From: Vicingaceae bacterium
GTDB lineage: Bacteria > Bacteroidota > Bacteroidia > Flavobacteriales_E > Vicingaceae
NCBI GenBank assembly: GCA_040220135.1
Contig: JAVJTT010000025.1
Coordinates: forward strand, 106,146 to 170,145
DNA: 64,000 nucleotides
Direction of reading: 5' to 3'
In this document: positions 16,987-24,460 of the stretch, one piece after another
Layout of the letters: each line of letters starts with the position of its first letter
Numbering within the stretch: the first letter of the stretch is position 1
Program-made: the position numbers and the translations under genes
Notes under the pieces: model-generated
What the model was told of the DNA's origin: nothing
The model's database searches: none
What the model saw: only the letters and a program-made list of their open reading frames with translations

Positions 16987-19401
16987 TTAAGTTACCTCAA
17001 CTTCTTCTTCTGACTGTGACTCTCCAATACTGTTAAGCAAAGCTTGATATTGTTCAGAATCTTCTTCTTTTATTCTTTCAATTATAAGTTTGGCTGCTGT
17101 ATTCATTTCAGGGACTTCAACAACTGTTTCACCTCTTTCGAAAATCCCACTTAAATGCGAGTACTCATTATTCAACCTATCTGTAAATACTGCAGGTATA
17201 TTTTCATTTCCAAAGAACTTTTTCAGTTTATCAATTTGACTTGTTGAATCAGGGTATTTATAGTATAGGTATAATTCTAAAAATTTTCTTGCATTGTTAC
17301 CGAAATTATAAAATGCTGTATAACTGCTATCATCAACATTCTCCATAGTTGAACACTTATAAACTTGACTAAATAAATAATTAAACTCAGAAACATAATT
17401 CCTCAAAAATGTAGGCATTAGTTTTATCACTGAGTTCTTATCATTGCGTTCAATAACTAAGTATCTATATTTAGTTTTAGTCTCCTTGGTAGTATTAGCT
17501 CCAGGCAACCTTTTCAAGTATTTCAAAAAGTTTAAATTATGAGTTGAAATAAATAATTGCTCAAAATCATCTTCTCCATATATCTGAGTATTTATTAATG
17601 TGTAAATGAAAAAGATATGATTACTGTCAAGACTTGAAATAGGGTCATCAATCCAAATAATAGGTTTTTTACCTCTAGTTTCTATATCTTGAAGCTTTGC
17701 CATAAAATAGCAAAATGCAATTAGACTATTTTCGCCTTCACTTAAATGAAATGCTTTTTTATTCTCTCTATGTATTTCAAATCTGTACTGCTTACTACCT
17801 GTATCTTCATCTTCAAACTCAATGGCTTTTAATGATAAGAAGTTATGCTCAAAATAATTGTTTAGTAATTCATTAACCTTATCAGCTCCTTTGCTCTCAT
17901 CTTTCAACTCCCTTTGTTTAGCTGAAATCAGACTTAAAATTTCATCTATTTCAACTTGCTTATCGTCTCTTTTTTTCTTTTCCTCCTCAAGCTTGCCAAT
18001 AAGCGAAGCTATATTAGAGACCTGCTCATCATACTTTATTGTAGCTATGAAGTCATAAATCTCTCGTAAACGTAAATTTTTCTTAGCTTTCTCTTGGTCT
18101 TTACTTAACTTTTCGGTGTATTGGTTAGATTTTACTCGTAACTCTTCTATTTTTTCTATTGCTGTGTCTACTTGTGATTTCACACTATCTGGAGCTTCAA
18201 AATGTTGAGCATTTATAATGTCATTTTTTCTTTTTTCTAATTGCAATATTAATAAACCAAGCGAACTTTGATAATCTTTAATACTATTATCAAATGCTTC
18301 TTTCACAGCTTCAAACTCATCATTATATTTCGAATAAAAATTATCCTTTTCTACAATTTCTATTGAATCTAAAGACTTGCTTTCAATTTTAATTTTTGTA
18401 ATTAAGTCAGTGATTTCCTTTTCCAACTTATCCGATTCTTCATCAAAGTGTTTATCTAATCCACCCCATCGTGTTTCTTTAATTTTACTATTACAGAAGG
18501 CACAAGTATCTAATTTATCTTTGTGTAAATCTCGTCCTTCTTTTACCCATCTATTTAATACAGCATCTTTAACCAATTGCTCAATCTTATCTGATTGAGC
18601 AATTGGTTTTTCTATTAATTCCTTTGACTTGCCGGAAAAAATGTCAAATGATAAAGTCAATTCTTTTAAATCTGGAATATCATCTTTAGCTTGTTCTAAA
18701 AGTATCTTTTCTTCTAATGTTTTTTCTTCATCTGAAATAGGATTAAATTCTTCTTTTTTAACCTTTAATATTTCCTTCTTTAGTTTAGCATTAGTGTAAT
18801 TTTGATCTCCATATTTTTCAGAATTATATCTAATCCCACTTGGATTACCAATAGCTTTTTCATTAAGTTGTGAAGCTAAAGTTCTTTCAGCAGTCTTGTA
18901 TACCGATTTAGCGGTATTATAATTTGTTTGAAGAGATTTTAAATCTTTATACAAAGCTGTTTCTTCATTCTCTTCATTAACTCCTAATTTTTCTTTTAGA
19001 ACCTTTATCTCCTCTTCAATTGCATTATTGTCTTCACCAAGTATGGCAAAGGGTTGAACATTTTCATCGGGATTTATAATGAACTTTAAATTATGTTTAA
19101 TAAAGTCTTCATTAAAAACCCTTATTATCTTGCTGTGAGATAAAAAACCAGCTTGTGTAACATCTTCATTATCTATTATTGAAATACAGCATTCAGGATT
19201 TTGATATTTGTCCGATATAACGCCGGTTTCCATAGCTCTAACAACTCGAGATAGCGTTGTTTTTCCTGAATAATTCCGGCCATAAATGATATTAGTTTTC
19301 TTAAATGCTAAAACATTGGAATCTTCATCAATTACTTCTGAATCCCAGTTAAAATCATTGAATACTGCAAGATTTTTAATATATCTAATTTTCTCTATCA
19401 T
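16987..19401 (-). CDS. RloC-like AAA_13 ABC-type ATPase with Rad50-like zinc hook and C-terminal PrrC-type anticodon-nuclease region
   Basis: 804 aa. Walker A G41RNYSGKTT; ~400-aa K/E-rich coil containing C300AFC303 (18493-18504); LSEGENSL signature; Walker B IIWIDDPISSLD; FISTHN; C-terminal ARKFLE (R-x3-E) followed 40 aa later by NEYSH. Confidence 0.7.
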   Translation of the reverse strand: MIEKIRYIKNLAVFNDFNWDSEVIDEDSNVLAFKKTNIIYGRNYSGKTTLSRVVRAMETGVISDKYQNPECCISIIDNEDVTQAGFLSHSKIIRVFNEDFIKHNLKFIINPDENVQPFAILGEDNNAIEEEIKVLKEKLGVNEENEETALYKDLKSLQTNYNTAKSVYKTAERTLASQLNEKAIGNPSGIRYNSEKYGDQNYTNAKLKKEILKVKKEEFNPISDEEKTLEEKILLEQAKDDIPDLKELTLSFDIFSGKSKELIEKPIAQSDKIEQLVKDAVLNRWVKEGRDLHKDKLDTCAFCNSKIKETRWGGLDKHFDEESDKLEKEITDLITKIKIESKSLDSIEIVEKDNFYSKYNDEFEAVKEAFDNSIKDYQSSLGLLILQLEKRKNDIINAQHFEAPDSVKSQVDTAIEKIEELRVKSNQYTEKLSKDQEKAKKNLRLREIYDFIATIKYDEQVSNIASLIGKLEEEKKKRDDKQVEIDEILSLISAKQRELKDESKGADKVNELLNNYFEHNFLSLKAIEFEDEDTGSKQYRFEIHRENKKAFHLSEGENSLIAFCYFMAKLQDIETRGKKPIIWIDDPISSLDSNHIFFIYTLINTQIYGEDDFEQLFISTHNLNFLKYLKRLPGANTTKETKTKYRYLVIERNDKNSVIKLMPTFLRNYVSEFNYLFSQVYKCSTMENVDDSSYTAFYNFGNNARKFLELYLYYKYPDSTSQIDKLKKFFGNENIPAVFTDRLNNEYSHLSGIFERGETVVEVPEMNTAAKLIIERIKEEDSEQYQALLNSIGESQSEEEVEVT

Positions 19402-19508
19402 TTCCTAAACTTTATCGGTGTTGCTTCATCCAATCTTTCCAATATAACCCCATCAGCATCCGGGTATTTTTCTTTGGTCAGGTTTACTATGCCTACTGAA
19501 GTTTTCAT
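19398..19508 (-). CDS. 36-aa micro-ORF translationally coupled to the RloC-like gene
   Basis: My translation is MKTSVGIVNLTKEKYPDADGVILERLDEATPIKFRK. Its TGA overlaps the ATG at 19401 (ATGA). Below the ORF-track size cutoff; no homology recognised. Confidence 0.3.
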   Translation of the reverse strand: MKTSVGIVNLTKEKYPDADGVILERLDEATPIKFRK

Positions 19509-19586
19509 TCTTTGTTAAAAAGCTAAGCTATAATTTAATATTGAGGATAGCATCAGTATAAATACTTGAAATTAATTTGCGAAAAA

Positions 19587-20252
19587 TTATTCTAAAGTAG
19601 AACCATCTTCAAAGATTACCTTTTCAGCTTTCCACACTACTTTTAAATCTTCTAGATCTTTATTTCGCAAAGCCTTGTCTTTATCGACAAATTGATTGTA
19701 GTCAGTTTGAGCATTCCATTTTACTTCTTGTCCTGCAGGTATTGGTTGGTCATAAACAAAATTTAGGGAAGAGATTGGCTCATCAAATAAATTAGTAAAA
19801 GTTATATTACCTTTTACCGCACGAATATTTTTATCAGAGTTATTCTTTATCACAAATTTATAAGTGATGTAATCTTGGTAGTCAACCTCTTTAAAACCTT
19901 TATCAAAACAAGAAACCATTACCACCTTATTTAATCTCTCTAATCTTTCGGCTTCTTCCCTAGCTGCTTTCTCTGCAAGTGCTTTTTGCTCCGCTTCCTT
20001 CTTTGCCTTTTCAACTTTCCACTTTTTGCCATCTTCTAATATTTTGGCATAAGTCATGTTTTCAAGTTCTTTATCTTGAAACTTGTAACGCATCATCGTT
20101 CCTAAAAGTAATTTGATCTCTGTTGAGTCCAATTCATTCTTCATGGCAAGCATATCTTCTTTTACCGTTTCATCTTTAAACTTTTTATCTAAAGGTGATG
20201 AACAAGAAAAAAGTATGAGTGCAATTCCTGTTAATAAAAACTGTTTCATCAT
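19587..20252 (-). CDS. Hypothetical lipoprotein with central K/E/A coiled segment
   Basis: ORF 19587..20303. ATGATG at 20252 gives MMKQFLLTGIALILFSCSS (lipobox). Contains KAKKEAEQKALAEKAAREEAERLERL. Confidence 0.6.
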   Translation of the reverse strand: MMKQFLLTGIALILFSCSSPLDKKFKDETVKEDMLAMKNELDSTEIKLLLGTMMRYKFQDKELENMTYAKILEDGKKWKVEKAKKEAEQKALAEKAAREEAERLERLNKVVMVSCFDKGFKEVDYQDYITYKFVIKNNSDKNIRAVKGNITFTNLFDEPISSLNFVYDQPIPAGQEVKWNAQTDYNQFVDKDKALRNKDLEDLKVVWKAEKVIFEDGSTLE

Positions 20253-20262
20253 TTCAATAAAT

Positions 20263-20466
20263 TTAAGTTGTGTGGCAATCGTTATTGCAGTAATAACATC
20301 CATTTACTTGATCATAATGTTCTTCTGCTTCTTCAGTAGCATCATCGCAATCTTCAAACTCACCTAAATACTTGGCACTAGATGGGAAGTATTCACATCC
20401 GTTTACATGAATCTCATGATCCCCATTTTCCTGTGCTTTTTCGTTTACGTAATATTTTTTCTTCAT
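20263..20466 (-). CDS. Small Cys/His-rich protein (putative metal-binding), unknown function
   Basis: ATG at 20466 gives MKKKYYVNEKAQENGDHEIHVNGCEYFP...LGEFEDCDDA...NGCYYCNNDCHTT, with 5 Cys plus His in 67 aa. Confidence 0.5.
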   Translation of the reverse strand: MKKKYYVNEKAQENGDHEIHVNGCEYFPSSAKYLGEFEDCDDATEEAEEHYDQVNGCYYCNNDCHTT

Positions 20467-20499
20467 TGTCTTTAGTTTTTTATTGAACATTATTTGATA

Positions 20500-20637
20500 T
20501 TAATCACCCTTTTTATGGTCGTGTTTTTTTAAGGGTGGATATTTCTTTTTCTTATCAGGTGTAACCCTTCTTCTTTTATCTAAAGAACCATCATCCTTCT
20601 TTGGTTTTGGTCCCGGTTTTATGGCTTCTGTTTTCAT
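20500..20637 (-). CDS. 45-aa lysine-rich micro-ORF
   Basis: My translation is MKTEAIKPGPKPKKDDGSLDKRRRVTPDKKKKYPPLKKHDHKKGD. It fills the gap between flanking genes on the same strand. Low complexity, so coding status is uncertain. Confidence 0.25.
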   Translation of the reverse strand: MKTEAIKPGPKPKKDDGSLDKRRRVTPDKKKKYPPLKKHDHKKGD

Positions 20638-20652
20638 GCTTTTTGATTTATT

Positions 20653-21153
20653 TTAAAGATTAAATTCTGAAATAACTTGTTCGTAATCAGAGACGTCGAT
20701 GCCACTTTTTTTTATCCGGTCTGATGAGGCAATGACAATGATTTTAAAGGTTTGAGACCCAGGATTTACTGGTGTTGTTCGATCTGAATCAGTCCAATAT
20801 ATTGAAACACCCCCTAATTTAGTCTCAACTTCAACAGATGTACTATAAGTTGAAGTTTGGTAAAACGTAATAGGTATTTGGTAGAAAGTGTCTTGGGTTT
20901 TTATATAGGCTAATACTGCTCCTGTATTTACTATATCTTGAGTGATTGCTGGAATAGATAGATTTGCTACCCAAGAAGGATCATCATACGTCCATGATGA
21001 AACCGTTAATGATGATGAAACATTAGCATTGCCATCAACCCCATCTTTTCCTGCAGGACCTGTAGGTCCTTCAGGCCCTTCCTTTTCACAACTAGCAAAA
21101 ATTGTTATAGTAGCTAAAATTAAAATAGCAATGATTGTCTTTAATAAATTCAT
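20653..21153 (-). CDS. Hypothetical lipoprotein with a short collagen-like G-X-Y stretch
   Basis: ORF 20653..21312. ATG at 21153 gives MNLLKTIIAILILATITIFASCEKE, followed by GPEGPTGPAGKDGVDG. Confidence 0.6.
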   Translation of the reverse strand: MNLLKTIIAILILATITIFASCEKEGPEGPTGPAGKDGVDGNANVSSSLTVSSWTYDDPSWVANLSIPAITQDIVNTGAVLAYIKTQDTFYQIPITFYQTSTYSTSVEVETKLGGVSIYWTDSDRTTPVNPGSQTFKIIVIASSDRIKKSGIDVSDYEQVISEFNL

Positions 21154-21172
21154 GTCTAAATTGTTTTGGTTT

Positions 21173-21577
21173 TTATTTTTGAATTTGCACTTGCTTTTCT
21201 GTTCTATACCTCCAGTTGGCAACTCCCCCATGATGTGAACATGCTCCTCTGCCGGTTGCACTGCTGTTACTGCCATCTCTACAGGTAGCGCCAATACGAT
21301 AGCTTGTTTCATGAACTAATGCTTTTCCTTCCTCGATATAAGTCTTAAATACATAGCCAAGATTGCCATCGTATCTTACTTTAGCCCAATCACCCTCTAC
21401 ACTAATAAATTCAACATTTGTGTACTGTTCTAACTTCTCTATAACTTCAGTGTCAGTACTTGGCCCAGTTCTAAAATTTAAATAGCTACCCGGCACATAA
21501 TAAGATGTAACTTCTTGTGAACTAATAGTACTTGAAAGAAATAGGAATATGGATAGTAGAGAAATAATTGATTTCAT
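21173..21577 (-). CDS. Secreted SH3-like + DUF3761-like domain protein
   Basis: Signal peptide present. YLNFRTGPSTDTEVIEKLEQYTNVEFISVEGDWAKVRYDG is a bacterial SH3 pattern. C-terminal GATCRDGSNSSATGRGACSHHGGVANW matches the DUF3761 pattern C.DG..S.S....G.CS.HGGV..W. Confidence 0.65.
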   Translation of the reverse strand: MKSIISLLSIFLFLSSTISSQEVTSYYVPGSYLNFRTGPSTDTEVIEKLEQYTNVEFISVEGDWAKVRYDGNLGYVFKTYIEEGKALVHETSYRIGATCRDGSNSSATGRGACSHHGGVANWRYRTEKQVQIQK

Positions 21578-21616
21578 TTGGTAAGTTGTTTCTTTTGAAT
21601 TTGAATTTGAATGATT

Positions 21617-21994
21617 TTATGTAACCTTAGAGGTCAAAAATTTTTGTACCTCGTATACATTAATTTTCTTGTTGAATTTCTTGCTTATTGAAGGGGTTTG
21701 CTCACTTGATATCCAGATTTTTAATTCAGCATCTAAATCAAGTGTACCAGCAGTTTCTAAAGAATATCTTGTAATATTCTTATAAGGCATTGATTTGTAT
21801 TCAACCTTTTTACCTGTCATCCCTTGAACATCGATCAAAACCAAGCGTCTATCCGTGAACATAAAAACGTCTCGAAACAATTTGAAGCCTAATTCAATCT
21901 TTTCATCCTCAAGCAGAAGACTTCCATATTTCTTACTTAGTTCTTCTGCTGAAACTTCACTTGCGTTTCCTAGTATGCTATTAAATAGTCCCAT
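21617..21994 (-). CDS. Bacterial PH domain protein (YokE-like, bPH_3)
   Basis: ATG at 21994 gives MGLFNSILGNASEVSAEELSKKYGSLLLEDEKIELGFKLFRDVFMFTDRRLVLIDVQG...YKSMPYKNITRYSLETAG, as I remember for the YokE-like PH family. Confidence 0.65.
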   Translation of the reverse strand: MGLFNSILGNASEVSAEELSKKYGSLLLEDEKIELGFKLFRDVFMFTDRRLVLIDVQGMTGKKVEYKSMPYKNITRYSLETAGTLDLDAELKIWISSEQTPSISKKFNKKINVYEVQKFLTSKVT

Positions 21995-22007
21995 AAATAT
22001 TTTGAAT

Positions 22008-22334
22008 TTAGATTGTACATATAATTTCACCCATTCTAGAATCAGAAGGATTGTATCCCTCTCTTATTGAACTAAAAGACTCATTTTCTAATTCCAGATC
22101 AGAGATTTTAGTTATTGAGTATAATTTCCAATCAGGTTTTTCCGAGCTACTACTAAACCCACTTAACCACCATGCTGATAAAGTGAGGTTCCCGGTAGAT
22201 TTAAGGTGCCCTAAAGTAAAAGGTTCTACAACTCGCCTGTTACCCTTGTAAATGAAAGAAATAACCTTTCGCTCTTTAATTGCCTGGCATATCAAATTTT
22301 GAATCATATCTACATTATATTTATGTTTATCCAT
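22008..22334 (-). CDS. Small WYL-like domain protein
   Basis: ORF 22008..22436; probable ATG at 22334. KVISFIYKGNRRVVEPFTLGHLKSTGNLTLSAWWLSGFSSSSEKPDWKLYSITKISDLEL resembles the WYL beta-barrel pattern. Confidence 0.45.
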   Translation of the reverse strand: MDKHKYNVDMIQNLICQAIKERKVISFIYKGNRRVVEPFTLGHLKSTGNLTLSAWWLSGFSSSSEKPDWKLYSITKISDLELENESFSSIREGYNPSDSRMGEIICTI

Positions 22335-22512
22335 CACATGCGCAACCTGACCCAACATGACAAGTTTTACTTTTTTCAATACACGTATCACCACAAGCTT
22401 TCCCCGTTGTACAAGTTTTGCAACACTCCTCGTCATCCTTTCCGCAGCTTCCTAATGTGACAGTCATTAGCAATACCATTATTGAAATAATCCTCATTAC
22501 ACTTATTTTCAT
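22327..22512 (-). CDS. Cys-rich small lipoprotein
   Basis: MKISVMRIISIMVLLMTVTLGSCGKDDEECCKTCTTGKACGDTCIEKSKTCHVGSGCACDG: a lipobox followed by 10 further Cys in the ~38-aa mature part. ATGA overlap with the nuclease gene stop. Confidence 0.5.
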   Translation of the reverse strand: MKISVMRIISIMVLLMTVTLGSCGKDDEECCKTCTTGKACGDTCIEKSKTCHVGSGCACDG

Positions 22513-23294
22513 TTCTTTAAGACTAGAATTTCACTTTCCAATCGACTTTCATCCTCATCTTTCAGTTTTTCAAAAAAGTCTACTTGGCTGAGGGCTTCTA
22601 ACTCATCTACCGTAAACTGATAGCTTTCTAAGCTTCCGCTATATTCCTCAGTAGAGTTATTCATGCGAAAGGCATACATCCGCATAGAATCAGGATAAAA
22701 GGCTATTTTATAAAGTTGATCCGGCACTCCTACCTTGTTTTCGCCAATAGTTTTATTTCCGGCTTTAAATAAACTTCCCGTTACCACAAAGGCAACGCAA
22801 TTCCATTCAAGCACTTTTTCACGTATGGCGGCTTCTAAATACTTCCAACCGTAGCGGTTTAATTCTTTTAACTGTGGAGAAACATTGGTGTAGGTAAAGG
22901 TTTCGTCTTTTAGCTCTTGGCTGTAGACAAAGTCACCTGCCGGCACATAATGCCCTCTGTCGTAGCCGCTTTTGTAGTAATCGGAACGTTTTGCAGAATA
23001 GACTTCTACCCTTTCATCAACTATAAAGTAATTGCTGCGTTGCGCTCTTATTCCATTTTTCTCCTGTAGCTGTTCTGGCGTAATGCGATGAATGGTGTAA
23101 TTCGGAACTTTTTGAGTTTGATTGAAATTCACCACAAAACCTTGGTACAGCACAAAGTCTTCAATGGGGTCTGCTTCAAAACGAAGGTGTGGACTGCTTA
23201 CTTTTTGCTCAACTAAAGCTGTAGTACTTAGTGTGCATGCTTCTAAGGCCACGACAATCAATAAGAAACCTATTAATTTAAATAGCAACCTCAT
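22509..23294 (-). CDS. Secreted DNA/RNA non-specific endonuclease (Endonuclease_NS, DRGH family)
   Basis: Signal peptide MRLLFKLIGFLLIVVALEAC. Active-site motif SGYDRGHYVPAGDF and downstream TNVSPQ (metal-binding Asn). Confidence 0.85.
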   Translation of the reverse strand: MRLLFKLIGFLLIVVALEACTLSTTALVEQKVSSPHLRFEADPIEDFVLYQGFVVNFNQTQKVPNYTIHRITPEQLQEKNGIRAQRSNYFIVDERVEVYSAKRSDYYKSGYDRGHYVPAGDFVYSQELKDETFTYTNVSPQLKELNRYGWKYLEAAIREKVLEWNCVAFVVTGSLFKAGNKTIGENKVGVPDQLYKIAFYPDSMRMYAFRMNNSTEEYSGSLESYQFTVDELEALSQVDFFEKLKDEDESRLESEILVLKK

Positions 23295-24460
23295 GATAGT
23301 AGATTAGTTGAGGTTATTTTCCACTCACCATGCTGAAAGTGAAAGTCATACTCTTCTAGCGGCAGAAAGCCGTAAAATTCAATTTGTCTTATCTTGTAAT
23401 GATCTGTATTTGCCGAGCATTCAAGCTTTACTCTTACACATCTAATGTTGGCTTGGTAAGCCACCTTGGCGGTATAATAGTCATCGTTTACTTGTTGTGC
23501 TTGCGGTACTTTGTAGCTTAACGGCTCACGATTTACCATTAGATATTCCAGATGATATTCAGGAAAGGCGTGATGCTTCAACAAATAAATATCACAGCTG
23601 TCAAAAAGGTGTTTTTGATAAGGCTTGAGCTCTTTTACTTCTATAATTCCGGCACTTTTAAGGTTTTTTCGGTACTCTAGCTCATTTTCCAATCCATAAA
23701 AATGGAAGTAGTTGCGTTTATAATTCTCTTTTTCTTCAAAAGGCTTATAAAATGAGATTAACCGGGCTAAGCTAATTGGTGCTTGAGCTTCCCATTTTCG
23801 GTATTGGGCTTGCATGTGCTTCTCCAATCGGCCAATTCGTTGATCTACTAATTCGGTTAAGATGCTTTTGGTTATCGGTAGGATGGTATCTTTCAACTGC
23901 ACCCTCAGTTCAGCACTATTCGTCAACCAATAAAAAGAAGTATCAATTCCATTTGCCTTAACCGCAACCAAGAGCGAATCTTGTGCTTCTTCCCTATTCC
24001 AACGCAAAGCAAACTCTCCGGCACCATTGCTTAAGGTTTTATAATCGTGATAAGGTAAACTCACTTGAGCGCCTTCTAAAGGGTCATCGCCTAAGCTTAA
24101 CTTGCCGTTTACAAATAGATAGGGAGTGCATGTTGAACTACTTGCTAAACCTACCGGATTAAAAAGATAAACAGCAAGAAAAAGCGTCAAGAGTAACCCA
24201 AGCTTAAATTCAGTTTTGTTCTCGCTCCATTTACTAAAGATAGAAGCAAAAAGTCCGGTTACGGCGATGGCTAAAGCAGCTCTCAGCACTGTAATTTGCT
24301 CAGTTGTGGGACATTCTAATACAAAAACAAAGATTGACACCACGATAACAAGTGCGAAATAGGTTATTATAGCCCATTTATAATCAACATTTCCTAAAGG
24401 ATGATTGACAATGTGGGTGATGATCTTGGCCGACTTGGTTTTCAGTTTGTCAATCTTCAT
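23291..24460 (-). CDS. Hypothetical membrane protein (3 N-terminal TM helices + ~270-aa soluble region)
   Basis: 389-aa ORF with hydrophobic segments WAIITYFALVIVVSIFVFVL, ITVLRAALAIAVTGLFASIF and LGLLLTLFLAVYLFNPVGL. 4-nt overlap with the nuclease gene and 11-nt overlap with the upstream gene. Confidence 0.6.
   Translation of the reverse strand: MKIDKLKTKSAKIITHIVNHPLGNVDYKWAIITYFALVIVVSIFVFVLECPTTEQITVLRAALAIAVTGLFASIFSKWSENKTEFKLGLLLTLFLAVYLFNPVGLASSSTCTPYLFVNGKLSLGDDPLEGAQVSLPYHDYKTLSNGAGEFALRWNREEAQDSLLVAVKANGIDTSFYWLTNSAELRVQLKDTILPITKSILTELVDQRIGRLEKHMQAQYRKWEAQAPISLARLISFYKPFEEKENYKRNYFHFYGLENELEYRKNLKSAGIIEVKELKPYQKHLFDSCDIYLLKHHAFPEYHLEYLMVNREPLSYKVPQAQQVNDDYYTAKVAYQANIRCVRVKLECSANTDHYKIRQIEFYGFLPLEEYDFHFQHGEWKITSTNLLS

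Noticed and set aside
16483-18598. Serine/Phe-rich plus-strand ORFs (16483..16767, 16703..16888, 17858..18058, 18377..18598).
   Set aside because: They are antisense shadows of the K/E-rich coiled-coil coding regions of the DUF2130 and RloC-like genes. AAG/GAA-rich codons read as CTT/TTC on the opposite strand, giving low-complexity sequence.
20653-21153. Collagen-like protein.
   Set aside because: There are only about five G-X-Y triplets (GPEGPTGPAGKDGVDG), too short for a collagen triple-helix domain. I report it as a feature note only.
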